Shown in pieces: positions 38,572 to 48,539 of a DNA stretch of 64,000 nucleotides (its first letter is position 1; each line of letters starts with the position of its first letter). The notes under the pieces are model-generated. The model had not been told where the DNA came from, searched no databases, and saw nothing but the letters and a program-made list of their open reading frames with translations. The DNA is from Chthoniobacteraceae bacterium (lineage in GTDB: Bacteria; Verrucomicrobiota; Verrucomicrobiia; Chthoniobacterales; Chthoniobacteraceae), in the NCBI GenBank assembly GCA_031409335.1, contig JANNWY010000214.1, positions 1-64,000 on the forward strand. The letters run 5' to 3'. The position numbers and the translations under genes are program-made.

Positions 38572-39543
38572 ATGATCCAGATTCACTGTCAGCTTTTCAT
38601 CGCGCTTTTCGCCACGCTGTTCACCGGCTGCGCCGGGATCAATCAAGCCAACCAGCTCGGCAATCCGCTCGCGCCGCCGAGCCCGATCGCGAAGAGCGTG
38701 GTGGCGAAGTGGGAGAAGGAACTCGCGGAGACGGACATCACCGCGATCGCGACGCGGCGCGAGCGCAACGATCTCGTGTATCGGCTGATTTTCATGAGCG
38801 ACTACCGCTTTCAACGCTACGAAGCGGACCTGGTGCTCGGCAGGGCGACGCGCGATAGCTTCGTCGATCTGTCGATGTTTGGCATCAATGCGGCATCCAC
38901 GCTGATGACGCAGGGCGCTTCGACAAAGATGCTTTCGGCGATCGCGGGCGGACTCGGGTTTTCGCGCGCGACGATCGAGAAAAACTTTTACATGAACCAC
39001 GCCGCGCCCGTGCTGATGGGAAAGATGCGCGCGCTGCGCGCGGAGAAGAAGAATGAGATCGTCAAAAATCTTTCGCGAGGGATCGACTCGTATCCGGCGA
39101 GTCTCGCGATCATCGACGTGCTCGATTACTACAATCGCGGGACGATGCTCGGCGCGCTCCAGGCGATCTCGAATGACACGGCGACGCAGGCGATTCGCGC
39201 GGAAGGTGGACGGGTGACGGAGCCGGAGAAAGCACCGGCGGTTTCCGCGCAAATCAGAGCCGGCACGATCGCGGCGCAGACGGGAAACCGCGAGCCCGCC
39301 GTCACCCGCATGAGCATCGGGGCGCGCAAAAAACGCCCGGCAAAAGTCGCCCCGCCCGTGATCGCCGAGCCGGTCGAAACCGTGGAGGCGAAGCCTGCGG
39401 CGGGCACGCCGATCCCGAAGACTGCGCCGCCGGTGATCGACGAACCCATCGAAAGTATCACTGGCAAGCCCGCGCCGAAGACGACGATCCCCAAAACTGC
39501 GCCGCCGATGGTGAAGGAAAAAAGCGCCGCCGAACCGCTCTAA
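38572..39543 (+). CDS. Hypothetical lipoprotein with Pro-rich repeated C-terminal tail
   Basis: Lipobox LFTGC; tail repeats APPVI.EP.E....KP....IPKT. Confidence 0.75.
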   Translation: MIQIHCQLFIALFATLFTGCAGINQANQLGNPLAPPSPIAKSVVAKWEKELAETDITAIATRRERNDLVYRLIFMSDYRFQRYEADLVLGRATRDSFVDLSMFGINAASTLMTQGASTKMLSAIAGGLGFSRATIEKNFYMNHAAPVLMGKMRALRAEKKNEIVKNLSRGIDSYPASLAIIDVLDYYNRGTMLGALQAISNDTATQAIRAEGGRVTEPEKAPAVSAQIRAGTIAAQTGNREPAVTRMSIGARKKRPAKVAPPVIAEPVETVEAKPAAGTPIPKTAPPVIDEPIESITGKPAPKTTIPKTAPPMVKEKSAAEPL

Positions 39544-39549
39544 CGCAAT

Positions 39550-40866
39550 ATGAAAACCAAGCTCAAGAGCGCTCCGAAGGCCATCACGCTCGACGAACTC
39601 GACGCTGGCATCGCGCGCAATGAGGCAGACGGATACGAACTGATCTCGATCAGCAAAGGCACGGTCGCGGGCGATGAAATGAACGTGCTGACCTTCAGCG
39701 AACGCACCAGCGAGCTGATCGGCGACGTGGAACTTTTCCGCGCGAAAGCGAACGCGGGCGAGGACGACATTAACGAGCTTTTCGAGGAGCTTTCGGACAA
39801 AGGTTACTCGTTCATCTGCTATGCGGACGTGTTCATCGAAGGCAGCCCGGTTCCGCTCATTGCCGCGCGAAAAGGCGGCGTCCCGCTCGGCGCGAATCAC
39901 CTCGTCTTGCAGGGCCGCATGTCCACATTTGGCGGTCCCGCTGACGATGGCATGACCGAAACGGAAGATCTGGCACTCGTCGAAAAACAGCACCAGGCCG
40001 ACGACTATCCAGCCGATTTTTTTCTCTCCGAATCCGCCGCCCGAGCCAGCGGATGGGGCCGCCGGCTCAATCCCGACAAATTCTACATCGCCTGCCGCTG
40101 GGACTATTCGCTGACGCCAAAAGCATTTCTGCGCACCGCGCAAGTCACCGTGCAAGACCCGACCAATGGCCGGTCCGCGCAGGCGCGCGTGGTCGATTGG
40201 GGACCGCACGAGCGCACGGGACGCATCGCCGACATCTCGCCGGGACTCGCGCGTTTTCTCGAGATCAACACGGACGACATCGTGAACGTGATCGTTCCCA
40301 CGCCCGCCGGCCTCACCGCGTCCGCCGTCACCGTTTCGCCGACCTCCGCCGACGCCCCGCGCTGGTTCGATGTGCCGGAACTCAACCGCTTCTTCGGCAA
40401 ATTCGACTTCCGCTCACTGCGCGATGGTTCGATCCAAATCCTCGGCTCATGGGAGCGCGACAACATCGTCACATTCGATGTGCCGACGCTCAAAGGGATC
40501 GACAGTTACGGTGGAAAATTCAGCGGCAAGGTGCGCATCCACCGGCTGATGGCGAAGGCATTCGCGGGCGCATTCGCCGAGATCGGCGCGAAGCCGAAGC
40601 TGCGCGAGAAACTGCTCTTCTGGTCCGGCGGATTCGTGCCGCGCCACATCGCGCGGAATCCGAGCCGCTCGCTGAGTCCGCACAGTTGGGGCACGGCTTT
40701 CGACATCAACGACGAGTGGAACGGCTGGGGCACCGCGGGCGCGCCGAAAGGAAAGTACGGCAGCGTGGTGGAACTGATCCCGGTCTTTGAAAAATGGGGG
40801 TTCTACTGGGGCGGAAATTTTTCCAAACGCGACCCGATGCATTTTCAGTATGGCCGTCCGTCGTGA
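39550..40866 (+). CDS. Multi-domain peptidoglycan hydrolase: RlpA-like double-psi beta-barrel plus M15 peptidase
   Basis: ARVVDWGP...RIADISPGLA; SPHSWGTAFDIN (SxHxxGxAxD), WGGNF..RDPMHFQ. Confidence 0.82.
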   Translation: MKTKLKSAPKAITLDELDAGIARNEADGYELISISKGTVAGDEMNVLTFSERTSELIGDVELFRAKANAGEDDINELFEELSDKGYSFICYADVFIEGSPVPLIAARKGGVPLGANHLVLQGRMSTFGGPADDGMTETEDLALVEKQHQADDYPADFFLSESAARASGWGRRLNPDKFYIACRWDYSLTPKAFLRTAQVTVQDPTNGRSAQARVVDWGPHERTGRIADISPGLARFLEINTDDIVNVIVPTPAGLTASAVTVSPTSADAPRWFDVPELNRFFGKFDFRSLRDGSIQILGSWERDNIVTFDVPTLKGIDSYGGKFSGKVRIHRLMAKAFAGAFAEIGAKPKLREKLLFWSGGFVPRHIARNPSRSLSPHSWGTAFDINDEWNGWGTAGAPKGKYGSVVELIPVFEKWGFYWGGNFSKRDPMHFQYGRPS

Positions 40867-40889
40867 TCCGACCGGGAAACCGACTCGCG

Positions 40890-42278
40890 CTAGATTTCAG
40901 CGAAGCCCGTCCACTGCACTGCCTGCTCGTCGGTGGTGAAACGGATGAAGCCGCGACCGCCGGGGCGACCATTGCCGGAATCGCGCAAGCCGCCGAACGG
41001 CAGGGTCGATGGGGAAAAAGTCGTGGGCAGATTTGCGTAGAGATTGCCGACCTCGATCATCTCGCCGAGCGCGCGAAACTTTGCCTCGGAGCGGGTGAAG
41101 ACGGACGCGGTGAGGCCGAATGGCGTCGCCTGGTGAATGCGCAGCGCGTGATCGAGATCGTCGGCGATGAAGAGGCTGACGATGGGGACGAAATTTTCCA
41201 CATCGCCGCGGCCATCGTCGCCGCGCCGGACCACGGCAGGTCTGGCGAAATGGCCGCGTTTCCCCGCGATCACCGGTTCGATTTTGCCGGGCTGGAGCCA
41301 GTCGCCCGGGATTTCCGCACACAGTTTCTCGTAGCGTGACACTGCGGCGGCGCTGATCAGCGGGCCGAGTTTCGTGGTTCGCAAAAGCGGATCGCCAGGC
41401 TGATACGCGGCGAGTGCTTCGAGAAATCTCTGCGTAAATTCGGCGGCGACGCTTTTCTCGACGATGACGCGGCTCGTCGCGTTGCAGCGCTGCCCCGCAG
41501 TGAGGCAGGCGCCTTCCGCGGCTGCTGCCGCCGCATGGTCCAGATCAGCGTCCGCGCAGACGATGAGCGCGTTCACGCCGCCGAGTTCGAGCGCGAGGTC
41601 TTTTGAAAAATCCTCCGCGAGCGCCTTTGCCAGCGAACGCCCCACTGCCGCCGAGCCGGTGAAGCAGACTGAACGCACGCGGGCATCCAGGCAGAGCGCT
41701 TCACCCTCCGCGCCGCCGCCTTGCAACACGCCAAACACGCCCGGCGGAAATGCGGCGGTCATGATCGCGCCATAGTCCGCCGCGACATTCGCGCCCAGCG
41801 GCGACGGTTTGCACACGACCGGATTTCCCGCGAGCAGATGCGCGACGTTTGCGCCGTGGCCGAGATGCAGCGGAAAATTAAACGGCGCAATGACCGCCGC
41901 CGGTCCGCGCGCGCGCCGTCGCACGCTGGCCGCGTGCGGTCCGCCACCATGGCTTTCCTCGGCAAGCCAGCGCTTCGCATCCTCGATCGTCAGATCGATT
42001 TTGGCGATGACCGCGCCGACTTCACCGATGGCTTCGCCGAGCGGTTTCCCAGTCTCGATCGTGATGCCGCGGGCGAGCCGGTCTTTCACCGCATCAAGAT
42101 CTTTTTGCACGGCTTTCATGCGCGCGATCTTTTCCACGAGGGGAGCCCGCCGCCATGCCGCGGCAGCGTGCGCGGCAGCCGCGACTGCGTCGTCCACACT
42201 TCCCGCGGACACTTCGTTGAGTTCGATCGAGAGGTCGCCAGGACTGCGATTGCGCCAGGAGCGCGGAGAAACGGGCAT
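40890..42278 (-). CDS. Aldehyde dehydrogenase (AstD-like)
   Basis: APFNFPLHL, FTGS, LELGG, TAGQRCNA, PFGG; start MPVSPR. Confidence 0.9.
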   Translation of the reverse strand: MPVSPRSWRNRSPGDLSIELNEVSAGSVDDAVAAAAHAAAAWRRAPLVEKIARMKAVQKDLDAVKDRLARGITIETGKPLGEAIGEVGAVIAKIDLTIEDAKRWLAEESHGGGPHAASVRRRARGPAAVIAPFNFPLHLGHGANVAHLLAGNPVVCKPSPLGANVAADYGAIMTAAFPPGVFGVLQGGGAEGEALCLDARVRSVCFTGSAAVGRSLAKALAEDFSKDLALELGGVNALIVCADADLDHAAAAAAEGACLTAGQRCNATSRVIVEKSVAAEFTQRFLEALAAYQPGDPLLRTTKLGPLISAAAVSRYEKLCAEIPGDWLQPGKIEPVIAGKRGHFARPAVVRRGDDGRGDVENFVPIVSLFIADDLDHALRIHQATPFGLTASVFTRSEAKFRALGEMIEVGNLYANLPTTFSPSTLPFGGLRDSGNGRPGGRGFIRFTTDEQAVQWTGFAEI

Positions 42279-42443
42279 GAATGAAACATGACCGGCGGCG
42301 CACTCGGCGTCGATTGTTCTGTCGTGGCGCGAGCCAGGACGAACCACGCCACCGATTTGGCTAAAGCCGAAGCTACTTTCGCTGCGGCTCTTGATTGTGC
42401 TGACGAGCGGCGGCGGATAGTCAGAAGGCTCCCCACCCTTCTT

Positions 42444-43391
42444 ATGAAAATCCGCTCTACACTCCTCGTCGTCCTGGTGTCGCTTTCCCGCTCGTTCGCG
42501 GAGCCTTCTCCGGCGCTTGCCGGACACGATTTTTTTTACGCGGGCGAGAACAAGGTGCATGACATGTTTGTCGTGAAGAACGGCGAAATCGCCTGGCACT
42601 ATCACAATGCCGAGAGCCGCGGCGAAATCAGCGATGCCGTGCTGCTTTCCGATGGGAGCGTCCTGTTTGCGCATCAGTTCGGCATCACGCTCATCGACTC
42701 ATCGAAAATGGTTCTTTGGAAAATGGACGCTCCCGCGGGAACCGAAATCCACACCGCGCAACCGATCGGGAAAGAACGCATCGTCTATCTCCAAAATGGC
42801 GCGGAGCCGAAGTGCGTCGTCTTCAATATCGCGACGGGAAAAGCAGAGCGCGAGTTTCCGCTCGAAGTGGGCAATCCGAAGAACGTCCACGGCCACTTCC
42901 GCCATGCGCGGCTCACTGCCGCGGGGACGCTGCTCGTCGCGCACATGGACAGCGGCAAAGTCTCGGAATACGACGACCGCGGCAAGGAGCTGTGGACGAC
43001 GAAATTCCCCGGCCCGTGGGCAGCCTCGCGCCTCGCCGACGGCAACACGCTCATCACGGGCAGCAGGTTCATCCGCGAGGTGAATGCCAAAGGTGAAACC
43101 GTGTGGGAATGCACCCATGCCGATTTGGCCGGGCACGGAATCAAGAATTTCCAAATCGCGACGCGCCTGCCGAATGGCAACACGCTGCTGAATAACTGGG
43201 TGAACCCGTGGGAAGGCGCGATCGACTTTGCCACGGCCCCGGCGCAAGCGCTGGAAATCACGCCGGAGAAAAAAGTCGTGTGGACGCTCCGCTCATGGAC
43301 CGCCCCGGACAACCTCGGTCCCGCCACCACTATCCAGCTTCTCGACACGCCATCCACTCCCGAAGATGTGCATTTCGGCGAGTTCCGCTAA
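42444..43391 (+). CDS. Exported beta-propeller protein
   Basis: Signal peptide; repeated RL.[DN]GNTL / EV...G..VW blades. Confidence 0.75.
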   Translation: MKIRSTLLVVLVSLSRSFAEPSPALAGHDFFYAGENKVHDMFVVKNGEIAWHYHNAESRGEISDAVLLSDGSVLFAHQFGITLIDSSKMVLWKMDAPAGTEIHTAQPIGKERIVYLQNGAEPKCVVFNIATGKAEREFPLEVGNPKNVHGHFRHARLTAAGTLLVAHMDSGKVSEYDDRGKELWTTKFPGPWAASRLADGNTLITGSRFIREVNAKGETVWECTHADLAGHGIKNFQIATRLPNGNTLLNNWVNPWEGAIDFATAPAQALEITPEKKVVWTLRSWTAPDNLGPATTIQLLDTPSTPEDVHFGEFR

Positions 43392-43429
43392 CCCGCATTT
43401 CGAACACCCATCAGGAAAGGAGCCTCGCT

Positions 43430-46400
43430 TCAGGCACGACGCCGACGTCCGAGCAGCCCGAGCGCCCCGAGCGCGAGCAGGCCAAGCGCACCGGGCTCCG
43501 GCACCGCCGCGGCACCCGCCACAAAGTCCGCTGCCGCCGCGCCAAAGTTGGCCTCGGCAAACGCGGGCGCGGGGGGCGCGGCGTGCGGTGGCAATTCCAG
43601 TGTCACCACGACGCCATCGGCAATCGCCAGCGAACCAATGGTCTGGCTTGCGCCGAAGTTTAGCGTGGCATTCGCGATGACGGCCGCGGTTCCATTGGTA
43701 AAGGAGCCGTCGATGTTCGTCTTACCGCCGGTGGCCGTGAGGGCGCTGTAATTCTGCGGGCCACTCAGGGTCTGGATGCCGGTGCCGACCTTTTCGATCG
43801 CCAGCGTCCCCGCGCCGTTTTCGATGAGCCCATCAAAGTCGCCGCTGCCATTGCCATTGCCGACCGTCAGCTTGCTGGCTCCCGCAGTGTCGGTGGTAAT
43901 TCTTCGCGAGGTGTTTGGCGTGGCGTTCCCACCGGTGTTCGGCGCGCCGATCAGTGCGTTCACGGTCTGATTCACCCCGCTTAGAATGAAGGTGCCGACA
44001 TCGTTGTTCACGCCGCCCGCGCCGTTCACGACGGCTTGGCCGATTTGCAGATCGCGATTGATCGCAAGGGCGTTATTGGCGGTGATTTTTACGGTCGTCC
44101 CATTTTGCGTTATCACGTCGCCGATGTCGTTGTTGCTGACATTGAACACCACGGTGCCACCGGCATGGGCAGTGATTCCCCCGCCATTGTTGACGATGGC
44201 TGCGTTCACATTCACCGTCGCCCCCACGCTTGGGTCAAACGTGATGCCGCCGGTCCCGCCGATGCGCTGGATGAGACCGAGGTTCAGCACTCCATTGAAT
44301 GAACCGATGCGGAACCCAGGCGCGCCGGTCAGGATGATGGCTCCGCTGACCGTGTTGCTCCCGGTCTGCGAAGCGATGGCTTTCAGAAACGGTGCCGCGT
44401 CGCCTGTGCCGACGACCGTGAGATTTTCGGCAATCGTGATGCCTCCGCTGAGCAGCACTTGTCCGCCCGTGCTCGTGCTGCCGTCCGAATTGACCTCGGT
44501 GTGGCTGAACGCGCTGCCAAGGGCGGTGTTATTCGCGACCGTGAGGATGCCCGCAGTCACCGTAGTTACTCCGTCAAAGGTGTTCGCGCGATTGAGGGTT
44601 AGGTTGCCGGTGCCCGCTTTTGTCAGGGTGCCCGTGCCGCTGATGATGCCGGCATAGGTCTGATTGGCGGCGATGTTATAGTTGAGCGCCCCATTGTTCA
44701 CGATGCCGGAGCCAGTGATCGAGCCATCATTGAAAACCACGCCATCGCCGAGTTGCAAAGTGCCACTCGCGATGGTCGTCACTCCGGCATAGGTGTTCGC
44801 TTTGGTAAAGACCACGGTGCCGGTGCCGGCATGGGTCACGCTGCCGCTTCCGCCAATGGCACCGCCAAACTCGGTTCCCTGGGAGATGTCGTTCGAGTGG
44901 TTAAAGATCACGGTTCCATTGTTCGTGATGGTGCCGAAGGCGTGGAGCGTCCCAGTCACGCCACCGTCGCCAAGCTGCAGGGTTCCCGAGTTAATGACCG
45001 TCGCGCCGGTATAACTGTTCACCCCAGTCAAAATCGTCGTGCCAGCCCCAGCTTGGGAGAGGCTCACGATGCCGGAACCATTGTCGATGATGTCGGATTG
45101 AATGGTGAGCGCGTTGGCGGAATTCTGGGTAATGATCAGATTGGCATCCGCATTCGGCACCGGCCCGGCGGTCAGCGTGCCATCGCTCACTGCCGCGCCG
45201 ATAGTCAGTGCGCCCGCGCCGCTCTGGATGAGCAAGCCGCCGCTCCCGAGACTCAGGCTTCCACCAGCCGCGGGATCAATGGTAGCGCCGCCCGCGCTGG
45301 CCTCCATTTTCAAGGTATTGATCTGCGTATTCGTCGCACCCAGAGTTACATTGCCCACGGTTCCGCCGTTGATGATGCGGACGTTATTTGCAGCCACATT
45401 GGCTATGGCGCTGACGCCGAGCCGGGTGACATCCGTGTAGCCAGCATAGGCGGTGATGAGTCCGTTCGCAGCGTTGGTGGAATTCACCGCCCAGTCGCTG
45501 CCGCTGACCGTCGCCCACGATCCGAGGATGCCGGTGGCGTCGTTTAACGTGTCGGTGCTCGCGATGCCATTGGCGCTGAAATTCACGCTGCCGCCGGGGT
45601 TCGCGGTGATGGCTCCCATTTGCAAAACAGCCGTGCCTCCGCTTTGGGTGATGGTCGAGGCGCGATTGACCGTCGTCGCGGCGACGATCTCATTGTGGGT
45701 GCCGTCGGTGAGTTCCAAATTACCGCCGCCGAGGATGAGCGGGGCAGTGTCCGAAAGTTTGGTGCTATCGTTGATCGAGTAATCCAGCCGGAGCAGACCA
45801 CCCAGAATCTCGGTGCTCTCGCTGTAGCTGTTCGCTCCCCTCATTGCCACGGTGCCGCCGGTGGCCGTGCCCACGAGTTGATTCGCGTTCGCGTCCGCGA
45901 AGCCATCCAGATTGTTATCCAGGTTCGGGTGATTGCGGAACTGATTGATCGTGATCCGCGTCCGGCTGCCGGCCAGGGCTGCGCTGGGCGTCGCCGTGCC
46001 GAGAGTCTGCACGGTGCTGCCGCTGATGCTGCCGGCAAATTCCACAGTCCCGCCCGTGGCCGAGATCAGCGCGATGTTATGCACCGCCCCGATGACATTC
46101 GTGCCACCGGCTCCGGCTGCGGTTCCGCTCACCGGAACGACCACCGTTCCCGGTGCGATGTTGGCGCTGTAGGTCACGGTGCCGCTCGTGTTCCGTCCGC
46201 CGATTTGGTAGCCATTCAGCGTATTCACGGTGCCCGAGTTTCCGTAGAGCGGCTGATAGGTTGCGGGAGTGACCGTATTGATCGTGGCCGTGGCGATGTT
46301 CGAGTTCGTGCCGCCAGCGGGCGTGAGCGCGCGGTCAAAGCTGGTGCCGGGGTTTGCGAGAAAGAGGCTCCGGGTGGCACCCTCCACGTTCGTGTTGAAC

Positions 46401-47638
46401 ATGTTGCCACCATTGCCATCGGCGAACGAGACGGTCTGCGTCCCGATCGGGCTGGCGACGCCCACGGCACCCACACTACCTTCGATGACGAAGGTGCCAT
46501 TGGTCAGGTTTTGCACGTTCGTATAGGTCCGCGCGACATCCGAGAAGCGATAGGTGCCATTGGTGCGCCCATCTACATTTACCGCGCCGGGCGCTCCCGG
46601 ACCCCAATAGATGGTGCCCTGGGTTCCTGAGCCAGAATTGATCTGGCCGGTGAGATACATCGTCTGCCCCTGCCGTGCGGCGAAGAACTCCATGCGGCGG
46701 CCGTTCGAGCCCATCGTCACGTTGCCGCTTACGGTCAGCGTGTTGTTGTTCAGGCCGCCGGTCCCGTCTCCCGCCATAGAAAATCGCGCCCGCCCCGCGG
46801 TGTTATCGCCCACACCGGTCGAGAAGTCCAAGTTGCGCGCGAAGGTGTAGTTCGTCGTGTCATTGGCAGCTTGCAGACGGAGTTCGGCAGCTATGGTGTT
46901 CTGGAAGTTCAACGCGGCGCTGGAGGTAAGGCTGCTGGCGCTGGTCAGTTGCACGGCATTGGCCGAATTGCCGAGTGCGCCATTCGTGCTCACGAGCACA
47001 TCGCCGCGGTAGATCAGGCCGCCATTGGAGACCACGGTGTCGCCCGTATAGCTGTTGCCCAGGTTGGTAAGATCGAGGAACTGCGTGTCACCAGCCACGA
47101 CAGTCGGCAGGCCCGGTGCAATCATATTGATGCCACCCCCGCCCGAGACCGTGCCGGTGATGCGAATGCCATTGCCATTGGCCAGCCAGGGCAGGCGCAC
47201 GTTTAGCGAATCAGCCAGCGAGACACTGGCGTTGATGATATCAGTGACGTTGGGATTCACCGTCGCCGCGCGGATCAGCGTCGCCGGGCCGCTGTCGGTG
47301 GCATCAAAGGTGAGCGAGCCGCCCGTTCCCGCATTGAGCGTGACGGCGGAAAACGCCGTCGTCGTATCGCCGAGAACCAGCGAACCGACCGTGATCGCCT
47401 GATTCAGATTCACCGTCACCGCGCCCCCGAAATTGACGCCCAGCGTGGCTACGTCGGCCACGCCATTTGGAAACTGTGTCCCGGAAAGCCAGTTCGCCCC
47501 GACATTCCACGAGTAAGTGCCGGCAGTGAGCTGGTTCCAAGTATCGCTGGCTGCGCGAGCCGGGTGCTGGCTGAGCAGCGCGGCGATGCCGGAAGCGAGG
47601 ATGGCCAGAGTGGGACGGAGGGATGGGAGGGTTTTCAT
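43430..47638 (-). CDS. PEP-CTERM protein with autotransporter-associated beta-strand repeats
   Basis: Repeats of G.GT..L...N.Y.G.T.I..GTLQLG; C-terminal VPEPGALGLLALGALGLLGRRRRA; start MKTLPS. Confidence 0.9.
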   Translation of the reverse strand: MKTLPSLRPTLAILASGIAALLSQHPARAASDTWNQLTAGTYSWNVGANWLSGTQFPNGVADVATLGVNFGGAVTVNLNQAITVGSLVLGDTTTAFSAVTLNAGTGGSLTFDATDSGPATLIRAATVNPNVTDIINASVSLADSLNVRLPWLANGNGIRITGTVSGGGGINMIAPGLPTVVAGDTQFLDLTNLGNSYTGDTVVSNGGLIYRGDVLVSTNGALGNSANAVQLTSASSLTSSAALNFQNTIAAELRLQAANDTTNYTFARNLDFSTGVGDNTAGRARFSMAGDGTGGLNNNTLTVSGNVTMGSNGRRMEFFAARQGQTMYLTGQINSGSGTQGTIYWGPGAPGAVNVDGRTNGTYRFSDVARTYTNVQNLTNGTFVIEGSVGAVGVASPIGTQTVSFADGNGGNMFNTNVEGATRSLFLANPGTSFDRALTPAGGTNSNIATATINTVTPATYQPLYGNSGTVNTLNGYQIGGRNTSGTVTYSANIAPGTVVVPVSGTAAGAGGTNVIGAVHNIALISATGGTVEFAGSISGSTVQTLGTATPSAALAGSRTRITINQFRNHPNLDNNLDGFADANANQLVGTATGGTVAMRGANSYSESTEILGGLLRLDYSINDSTKLSDTAPLILGGGNLELTDGTHNEIVAATTVNRASTITQSGGTAVLQMGAITANPGGSVNFSANGIASTDTLNDATGILGSWATVSGSDWAVNSTNAANGLITAYAGYTDVTRLGVSAIANVAANNVRIINGGTVGNVTLGATNTQINTLKMEASAGGATIDPAAGGSLSLGSGGLLIQSGAGALTIGAAVSDGTLTAGPVPNADANLIITQNSANALTIQSDIIDNGSGIVSLSQAGAGTTILTGVNSYTGATVINSGTLQLGDGGVTGTLHAFGTITNNGTVIFNHSNDISQGTEFGGAIGGSGSVTHAGTGTVVFTKANTYAGVTTIASGTLQLGDGVVFNDGSITGSGIVNNGALNYNIAANQTYAGIISGTGTLTKAGTGNLTLNRANTFDGVTTVTAGILTVANNTALGSAFSHTEVNSDGSTSTGGQVLLSGGITIAENLTVVGTGDAAPFLKAIASQTGSNTVSGAIILTGAPGFRIGSFNGVLNLGLIQRIGGTGGITFDPSVGATVNVNAAIVNNGGGITAHAGGTVVFNVSNNDIGDVITQNGTTVKITANNALAINRDLQIGQAVVNGAGGVNNDVGTFILSGVNQTVNALIGAPNTGGNATPNTSRRITTDTAGASKLTVGNGNGSGDFDGLIENGAGTLAIEKVGTGIQTLSGPQNYSALTATGGKTNIDGSFTNGTAAVIANATLNFGASQTIGSLAIADGVVVTLELPPHAAPPAPAFAEANFGAAAADFVAGAAAVPEPGALGLLALGALGLLGRRRRA

Positions 47639-47883
47639 ATTGGGCGGGTAACTTGAGGCTATTGTCGTGAAACCTGCGGCGCAAGCCTGCGACATGGCGC
47701 GTGAAATCCGCGGGGTCCCCGCGGGCGCGTTCAAATTTATGCACTCCTCGGAGGACGGGGTTCCTGCCGCGTCGATCGCCATTGGAAAGCCATTGGAAAC
47801 TCTTGCAGGATTTCGCTGCCTGAGCTTGCGAATTGAACGCGCGGGAACAAACTGCGCTCTCACGCTTCCAATCATCAATCACT

Positions 47884-48525
47884 GTGAAACAATTCCTGCT
47901 CACCATCCTCATCACCACCGCGACCGCGCTCACGCCATTCGCACAAGCCGCCGACAAAGTGAACACCGACTCCAAACCAGCCGACTCCGCCACCGCTCTC
48001 GAACGTGTCACCTTTGGAGGCGGATGTTTTTGGTGTCTGGAGGCCGTGTTCCAGCGGCTGAATGGAGTGAAATCGGTCGCGTCAGGCTACGCGGGCGGAA
48101 AGGTGAAGAATCCGACTTACGAGCAAGTCTGCGATGGCGACACGGGCCATGCCGAGGTCGTGCAGATTGCGTTCGATCCGAAAGTGCTGACTTTTGAAAA
48201 GCTGATGGAAGTGTTCTTTGCGGCGCACGATCCCACGACGCTGAACCGGCAGGGCGGCGATCGGGGCACGCAATACCGCTCGATCATTCTCACCGAGAAC
48301 GACGCGCAGAAAACGGCAGCGGAGAAGGGGAAAGCCATTGCGAAGTCGGAATACAAGGATCCGATCGTGACGGAAATCGCGCCGCTCACGATTTTCTACA
48401 AGGCGGAGGCAAGTCATCAGAACTACTTCAACCAGAACGCGGGCAAGAATCCGTATTGCTCGGCGGTGATCCAGCCAAAGTTACAAAAGCTGCTCAGCAA
48501 AGGGCTGATTTCGCAGCCGAAGTAA
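47884..48525 (+). CDS. msrA: Peptide methionine sulfoxide reductase A, exported
   Basis: GGGCFWC, GYAGG, TGHAE, HDPT, GTQYRS; GTG start with signal peptide. Confidence 0.95.
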   Translation: MKQFLLTILITTATALTPFAQAADKVNTDSKPADSATALERVTFGGGCFWCLEAVFQRLNGVKSVASGYAGGKVKNPTYEQVCDGDTGHAEVVQIAFDPKVLTFEKLMEVFFAAHDPTTLNRQGGDRGTQYRSIILTENDAQKTAAEKGKAIAKSEYKDPIVTEIAPLTIFYKAEASHQNYFNQNAGKNPYCSAVIQPKLQKLLSKGLISQPK

Positions 48526-48539
48526 CGGGCCGGGCGGCT

